From Octopus sinensis (lineage: Eukaryota): a DNA stretch of 27,100 nucleotides. The position numbers were made by a program, and so were the translations under genes. Of the stretch, positions 20,735 to 27,100 are shown piece after piece. The first letter of the stretch is position 1. The number at the start of each line of letters is the position of its first letter. The notes below the pieces were generated by a model that did not search any database, was not told the origin of the DNA, and saw only the letters and a program-made list of their open reading frames with translations. The stretch is from assembly GCF_006345805.1 (NCBI RefSeq), contig NW_021834034.1, forward strand, positions 1 through 27,100, in the 5' to 3' direction.

Positions 20735-20951
20735 GTCGCTGGCCAACCGCCCAACGTTTCCCCACACCGTCCGCCATCATGAAATTCATTATCCGCCCGG
20801 CATCCCGCCTCCTACCGTAGTAAATGTCAAATGAAGTCTGACCGAATTCATTGGCAAATATCGCCATTGGAAAAGATCGATATTTGGAGAGAGGGAGAGT
20901 AGCAGAAAGGGAGAAGAGAGAGAATAGTGATATTTGATATCTATATCTTAT

Positions 20952-20982
<31 letters not shown>

Positions 20983-21091
20983 CTCTCTCTCTTCACACAC
21001 AAACACACATATATATATACACACACACATATATACATATGTATATATGTGAGTGTGTGTGTGTGTATGTGTGTGTGTATGTGTGTGTGTT

Positions 21092-21122
<31 letters not shown>

Positions 21123-21430
21123 ATAGGGAAACTTTAATCGCTTCTAAATGTGATGGAGGTTGCTGAATAGCACTTATATTGCTAGAAATAGCAGTTATGT
21201 TGCTAGAAATTCTTAAGGCTGCATAAGCACGAGCACGCACACACACACGCACACACATACACACACACATATTTCTTGTGTGTATATGTGTGTGTGTGTG
21301 TAACGTAAAGGGTTAGGGATTTGTTAAATGAGACTTCTTTAAACAGGCAACAAATTCCCACTTAAATATTTTTATAGTCCCTGGTTTATGTTGCACTGTT
21401 TTGTGTTAAGTTTATGATTAAGGTTATATG

Positions 21431-21999
21431 TTCTTTTCTACGCTAGGCACAAGGCCCGAAATTTTGGGGGAGAGGGTCAGTCGATTAGATCGACCCCACT
21501 ACGCAACTGATACTTAATTGATCGATCTCGAAAGAATGAAAGACCTCGGCGGAATTTGAACTCAGAACATAAAGACAAACGAAATACCTATTTCTTTACT
21601 ACCCACAAGGGGCTAAACACAGAGAGGACAAACAAGGACAGACAAACGGATTAAGTCGATTACATCGACCCCAGTGCGTAACTGGTACTTATTTAATCAA
21701 CCCCGAAAGGATGAAAGGCAAAGTCGACCTCGGCGGAATTTGAACTCAGAACGTAACGGCAGACGAAATACCTATTTCTTTATTACCCACAAGGGGCTAA
21801 ACACTGAGAGGACAAACAAAGACAGACAAAGGGATTAAGTCGATTATACCGACCCCAGTGCGTAACTGGTACTTATTTAATCGACCCCGAAAGGATGAAA
21901 GTCGACCTCGGCGGAATTTGAACTCAGAACGTAGCGGCAGAGAAAATACCGCTAAGTATTTCGCCCGGCGTGCTAATGATTCTGCCAACTCACCGCCTT
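21431..21999 (-). mobile_element. SINE family B trimer (one head, three cores, period about 184 bp)
   Basis: gaaatacctatttcttta.tacccacaagggg at 21581 and 21765; three copies of gacctcggcggaatttgaactcagaac; head at 21960-21999; one 3' tail at 21431-21475. Confidence 0.92.
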
Positions 22000-22384
22000 T
22001 ATACAATCTGTATAACACAACATTAGTTTTCCCGAATGGTGTATTTATTTCTCTCTGTTAGTTTCTGTAATAACATAATTTAGTATGTCTTATGATTTAG
22101 AGTTCATTAGTCAATTAGAGAATGCTATTAATCAGAGAAACTTATAAGGAAAGCGATCAATAAAATAATTACTTTCCCATTCCAGTTGTACAAATGGATA
22201 AAGTAAAATGAAAGCGAGTCAAAGCAATATATATATATAAACTCCAAACAGACTGAAGACTACCAAAGACTTCCAATTATCTGAGAGGAATTCTAAGAAA
22301 TGTCTTTCAGCATATTAGAGTAAGTATTAGTGTGAAGAGTAGGGGGTAGGCAGACTTGTTGGAGTCTCCGATATATGTTCTGGA

Positions 22385-22764
22385 AAGGCGGCGAGCTGGC
22401 AGAAACGTTAGCACGCCGGGCGAAATGCTTAGCGGTATTTCGTCTGCCGCTGTGTTCTGAGTTCAAATTCCGCCGAGGTTGACTTTGCCTTTCATCCTTT
22501 CGGGGTCGATAAATTAAGTACCAGTTACGCACTGGGGTCGATGTAATCGACTTAATACCTATGTCTGTCCTTGTTTGTCCCCTCTGTGTTTAGCCCCTTG
22601 TGGGTAATAAAGAAATAGATATATGTTCTGGCTCTGAGTTCTGAGTTCAAATCTTACCGAGCTGAACTAAGTTTTCATCCCACCGGACTCAATAAAATAA
22701 AGTACCAGTCTAATACTGGACACTCTCCTCTCTGAACTTTTGGCCTTGTTGCTAGTCGTATGAA

Positions 22765-22765
<1 letters not shown>
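22385..22765 (+). mobile_element. SINE family B dimer (well-preserved first unit 22385-22618, decayed second unit)
   Basis: A-box like tggcagaaacgt (22397-22408), B-box gagttcaaattcc (22459-22471), core, linker, degenerate second core, then (ATT)n. Confidence 0.92.
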
Positions 22766-22827
<62 letters not shown>

Positions 22828-22836
22828 TTTTTTTTT

Positions 22837-22907
22837 CTTCTTCTTTCAAATTTGCTTCCATTTCTTGCCGAGTGTCTTCCCGACTCCTAGGGCAAAGAAA
22901 CTCATAG
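22837..22907 (-). mobile_element. Possible isolated 3' terminus of another AAT-tailed LINE (R4/Dong-like)
   Basis: The minus strand gagtttctttgccctaggagtcgggaagacactcggcaagaaatggaagcaaatttgaaag runs into an A-run and then (AAT)n. No coding part is present; the family call is from recall only. Confidence 0.35.
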
Positions 22908-23406
22908 TATACATTGGTAGGCCATTAACCTAAACTCACTAGTTCATTCATTTTTCTTTTAAAGTTAAATTAAAAATTTATTATTATTATTATTATTATT
23001 GTTATTTATTGTTGTTATTATTATTGTTCGTACGGCACTCCGTCACCTTAAAAGACAAAAGGCAGCATTGAGTAATATGATCCTCGATACACTATGATAG
23101 AAAATTAAAACCAAACAAGAGGTCATGTTTGGACCACCTTTTGATAGTGTGGATGCCAGATCAGGAATGACCTGGAGCTAAAAATAACATTACCAACATT
23201 TCTCCAAAACCTCGAAGTGGTCCGTTGAAATAGCCTTCATCCCACACCATACTAGGAAGAAATATGTAGATATTGCAATTTAGTTGTAGAATGCTTGAAA
23301 AGTAAAAAAGAGATGCGAGTGGCACGGTTGGAATATCTTTAATTGCATGGGTACAGGATGAAGGCCGACTTGTAGTTATGCAACAACATATAGATTTATA
23401 CAAGTA

Positions 23407-23788
23407 CTAGCAGTATCGCCCGGCGTTGCTCAGGTTTGTAAGGGAAATAACTATAAAGCATTTTTAGAGAGTTATAGCCAAAAAATAGCAAAAAGATGGA
23501 AAAAAATGATGGTAAATTTTTTTTGAGATTTAAAAAAGGTGGAGTTGCATCCCATAGACAGTTTGTGGTTCGCGTTTCTGATTCTCGACCCCATATCGAA
23601 TTATCGATTTTTTTCAGAACTGGGGGAACTTTTCAAAATTTTCGCCTGCGTTAGTTTTGAATTATGACATTGGGCTATGTGGTGTCAAGTTTCATCAGAA
23701 TCGGTTGAAAGCCGTGGTCAGGGTGAGGGTACAAGCAAACAGACACACAGAAACACGCACAGACAAACTGCCGTTTATAAAGAGAGAG
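23407..23788 (-). mobile_element. Non-autonomous Helitron-like element
   Basis: The minus strand begins A|TCTCTCTCTTATAAACGGCAGTTTG with a subterminal (CTGT/GTGT) tract, and ends ...gagcaacgccgggcgatactgCTAG|T: 5'-TC, 3'-CTAG, A|T target and a GC-rich subterminal segment. Confidence 0.75.
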
Positions 23789-23895
23789 ATGTATGAGTAT
23801 GTGTGTGTATGTATGAATATTGTGTATGTATGTATGCATATTTATCTATGCATACCTACCTACCTACATACATGCAGTCATACATATATACATAC

Positions 23896-23929
<34 letters not shown>

Positions 23930-23935
23930 CTGTGT

Positions 23936-23968
<33 letters not shown>

Positions 23969-23983
23969 CATATATATATGTGT

Positions 23984-24015
<32 letters not shown>

Positions 24016-24018
24016 TGT

Positions 24019-24321
24019 GGTAGCGTGATGACCCAGGAGTTAGGGCAGCAGACTTGCGGTCGTAGGATCACAATTTCGATTCCCAGATGGGCGTTGAGAG
24101 TGTTTATTTAGCGAAAACACGTAAAGCTCCACGGGTCTCAGGCAGTGAGAGTGGCGATCCCTGCTGTACTCCCAGCTGTACTCTTTCGCCACAACTTTCT
24201 CTCACTCTTTTTTCTGCTCGCTTAGCCAGCGAGGTGGCGTCATTTGAAGGCTAAAACAATGCGAAGCGCATTGTGACCAGTGATGTGTAGCAACATCTGA
24301 TAGCCTGGTCGGTCACGGTGA
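24019..24321 (+). mobile_element. tRNA-derived SINE family D
   Basis: tRNA-like head gatgacccaggagttagggcagcagacttgcggtcgtaggatcacaatttcgattccc (A- and B-box like), followed by a distinct body ending at a TA tract. Confidence 0.7.
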
Positions 24322-24332
24322 TATATATATAT

Positions 24333-24550
24333 ATTCTTTTACTTGTTTGAGTCATTTGACTGTGGCCATGCTGGAGCACCGTCTTTAGTCGAACAAGTCG
24401 ACCCCAGGACTTATTCTTTGTAAGATCAGTACTTATTTTATCGTTTTCTTTTGCCGAACCGCTAATTTACGGGAACGTAACCACACCAGTATCGGTTGCC
24501 AAGCGATTTTGGGGGACAAATACACACACACACAAACATATACACACATA

Positions 24551-24607
<57 letters not shown>

Positions 24608-24788
24608 GTATATATATATATATACGACAGGCTTCTTTCAGTTTCTGTCTACCAAATCCATTCACAAGGCTTTGGTCGGCCCAAGGCTATAGTAGAAGAC
24701 ACTAACCGTAGGTGCCACGCAGTGGGACTGAACCCGAAACCATGTGGTTTGGAATCAAGCTTCTTACCACACAGCCACTCCTGCGCCT
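24333..24788 (-). mobile_element. tRNA-derived SINE family A, complete, with internal CA/TA microsatellite
   Basis: Minus-strand head ggagtggctgtgtggtaagaagcttg...catggtttcgggttcagtccc; both halves match 111-292 and 693-844. Confidence 0.9.
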
Positions 24789-25433
24789 ATATACACATAT
24801 ATATATATATGAAAACATAATCAAATAGGGTAATAAAATAAATTATTATTACCAGTGGCCTAGCACAAAAGGACGAATTAGTTCGGTCTAGGATTAGCTG
24901 AGATGGTAAATGTCTTTAATTTTCATTCCTTTCATGAATTTATCCCTTTTTGCGTTTCTAGCACTACGCTTCCTTATTTGGAAGCCTTTTATTATATACA
25001 TATATATATATATGTATACACACACACATATGTATATATAGGTATACATACACACATACACGCGCATAACTCGGAGTACTGAAATATGAGCTTTTCATTT
25101 ATAATGTATTAAGGATACCATACACTAATCTATTGAGTTTTGGAATTTATCGCTTCTTCGTGAATCAACAGATTTCATACACACACGCACCCCCCACCAC
25201 CACACACACAAACACATATATAAACAAACGAATGACTTATCTGGGTATTACTAACATTGTTTCTGAGGAGTTTTTATTGTGACATGTTAATTAACAACTA
25301 TGTCACTGCTCGCTTGTTTATTTGGTTAGACTGATACGTTGAGAGTTGCTTAATATACTTAATCGTATAGATGATGTGCATACTGTACACTTGACTAACG
25401 AAACAAATTCTAGTTATATCAGATAACCATTTG

Positions 25434-25439
<6 letters not shown>

Positions 25440-25531
<92 letters not shown>

Positions 25532-25708
25532 CAATAAGGAACGGCCATAATAGGCCATTCACCCACTAGAAATAACAGCCAAAGCTTCTACCGCAAATAA
25601 AGATCAATTCCGTAAACAGGAAAAATAAAAAAACATTTACCCTGTAATTTCCCGCTGGGCGCTGGTGGCAATAAAATTCTACAAAATTTTCCTTGCCACC
25701 TATATTGA

Positions 25709-25798
<90 letters not shown>

Positions 25799-25830
25799 TA
25801 TATATATATATTATATATTACATATACATA
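25440..25830. repeat. Two (TA)n tracts flanking a about 190-bp spacer
   Basis: Direct reading. Confidence 0.9.
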
Positions 25831-26045
25831 TAGTTACCGTTTGAAATAACTGTCTCGGTGTTCCGTCAGGTTAATAAGTTTCTCCGGTTTGATATTGTAA
25901 TGTCGCTGGATGTCTCTGTTACAGATCGAAGAATTAAATTCTTAGAAGGTGAAACTAAATATGTTTAAATCAGCAAGGAACCCAATCCCTGCTATCTACA
26001 AGTCTGGGTGTCTTTTCCCCAGACCTCAATCAGGTTTGTGATGGA

Positions 26046-26921
26046 CGAAGTCTCATCAATAGGTATCCGGACTGTTGTCATAGTAACGAAGCTAAAGCAT
26101 GCAGATTGAAGCCGTTAGGCAAATATTGACCTTGAACTCTGCTGTGCATACGCACTAAATTTGAACGTTCTGCCTCACTTCCGCTGTTTACAGAAGTGCT
26201 TGGAAGAAAGGTTGTAGCGTGTGATCGTTGCATTGATCATGACAGAAAAAGTTGTCGTGGAGATACCTGCTCAGAAGCCTACGCAGTGTTGCAGAAAGGG
26301 TATGGAGAGGAGTGTATGAGCCGCATACAAGTGTACGAGTGGTTCAGACGTTTCCAAGATGGCCGAAGAAATGTCGATAGGGACAAACTAGCAGAACTGA
26401 GAAAAACGTTACAGATGTGTGTGCAGCTGTGAAGAGAAATCATCGAATCACCCACCGTGAGTTATCAGCGGATGTGTCAGATTAGATACGGTTCAGTTCA
26501 GTCCATTATCACTGAAGGTTTGAGTATGAGACGTGTGTCTGCCAACTTTGTGCCCAAACTGCTTTCAGCTGACCAAAAAGACACTTGGGTTTCAGCTGTA
26601 CAAAATCTCCTTCATTGTGTCAAGAACGATGAAAACTTCTGGAAAACTTTGCAAAGGCCTCTGAGCAGATATCGCCAAGCTTCTGGCAAAATTTGATGCA
26701 GATTCTCTGCTCAACCTTCTGTGTTGTAATCAATGCGACTATCACATGCTACACATGTTCCTTCGAAGCATTGCTGTAAACAACGAAAGTGAGCTAGAAT
26801 GTTAAAACTTAGTACGTATACGCAGCAGAGTTCAAGGTCAGTCTGTGCCAAACCGATTCACTCTCCGGACTTTGGCTTCGTTACTAGAGCAACAATCCTG
26901 ATATTTATTGATCAGACCACG
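26046..26921 (+). mobile_element. Mariner-family DNA transposon derivative with long inverted arms
   Basis: Mariner-type TIR cgaagtctcatcaataggtatccggactg (left) versus the reverse-complemented right end cgtggtctgatcaataaatatcaggattg. TA follows the right end (26922-23); the left flank reads GA. Inverted similarity continues well past the TIR. Confidence 0.85.
26239..26650 (+). pseudogene. Mariner transposase N-terminal (HTH) remnant
   Basis: Across frameshifts: MTEKV/GDTCSEAYAVLQKGYGEECMSRIQVYEWFRRFQDGRRNVD.../..NHRIT/..IRYGSVQSIITEGLSMRRVSANFVPKLLSADQKDTWVSAVQNLL..VKNDENF. This includes the WF.RF and FVPKLL (WVPHEL-equivalent) motifs; no DDD catalytic domain is present. Confidence 0.88.
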
Positions 26922-27001
26922 TATACACGTTGTAATAGTTTAAAAATATTTCTCTTATTCCTGGATTCTGGGATTAACTATGACTTATGTTCTGTGTCAT
27001 A

Positions 27002-27100
27002 TCTTTATATATAAAAGTAAGGTTGTGTGTCTGTCTCCTACGATTTAGATTCCTAACTACTCCCACATTTTGCGGTGCAGTTTAACCAAAACCGGGTATC
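27002..27100 (+). mobile_element. Probable Helitron-like element 5' end, running off the window
   Basis: A|TCTTTATATATAAAAGTAAGGTTGTGTGTCTGTCT: a 5'-TC start with the TATATAAAA plus short (GT/CT) tract typical of non-autonomous Helitron 5' ends. The 3' end is not visible. Confidence 0.55.

Noticed and set aside
21308-21320. GGGTTAGGG telomere-like motif
   Set aside because: It is a single unit, not an array.
22385-22475. tRNA genes at SINE heads (also 14685, 24019, 24720-24788)
   Set aside because: A/B boxes are present, but I could not build a cloverleaf, and each continues into a repeated SINE body.
25655-25700. Hairpin ggtggcaa...ttgccacc resembling a terminator or Helitron end
   Set aside because: There is no adjacent CTRR end or gene, and intrinsic terminators are not meaningful in this eukaryotic context.
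725-25791. Dozens of ORFs rich in poly-I, poly-N, poly-L, YI, CV or HT
   Set aside because: They are in-frame translations of AAT, TA, CA and GA microsatellites, with no codon or domain signal.

Overview
Eukaryotic, AT-rich, repeat-saturated non-coding DNA. I infer an octopus (coleoid cephalopod) from my recall of the SINE families; no search was run. I find no intact host gene, tRNA/rRNA gene or CRISPR array, and nearly all listed ORFs are translations of microsatellites. The window is a mosaic of (AAT)n, (TA)n, (CA)n, (ACAT)n and (GA)n tracts. These carry at least four tRNA-derived SINE families (about 19 copies or fragments) and three 5'-truncated R4/Dong-like RLE LINE ends embedded in AAT tracts. 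There is also a decayed Penelope-like element (GIY-YIG domain plus a repeat-rich terminal region), Penelope-type terminal fragments with one near-intact minimal hammerhead ribozyme, a Tc2/pogo-type MITE, a mariner remnant with about 250-280 bp inverted arms, and Helitron-like non-autonomous elements. The most interesting structures are: (1) an apparent twin-priming 5' inversion in an R4/Dong-like LINE (11103-11396); (2) a strand rule in which SINEs and R4/Dong LINEs occupy the same AAT microsatellites in opposite orientations; (3) a fold-back mariner whose right end is an inverted copy of its own 5' end; (4) the hammerhead and the CRE/CCAAT module array of the Penelope-like sequences; (5) two about 550 bp non-coding elements each bracketed by a single microsatellite type. 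Boundaries were read by eye and may be off by several bases.
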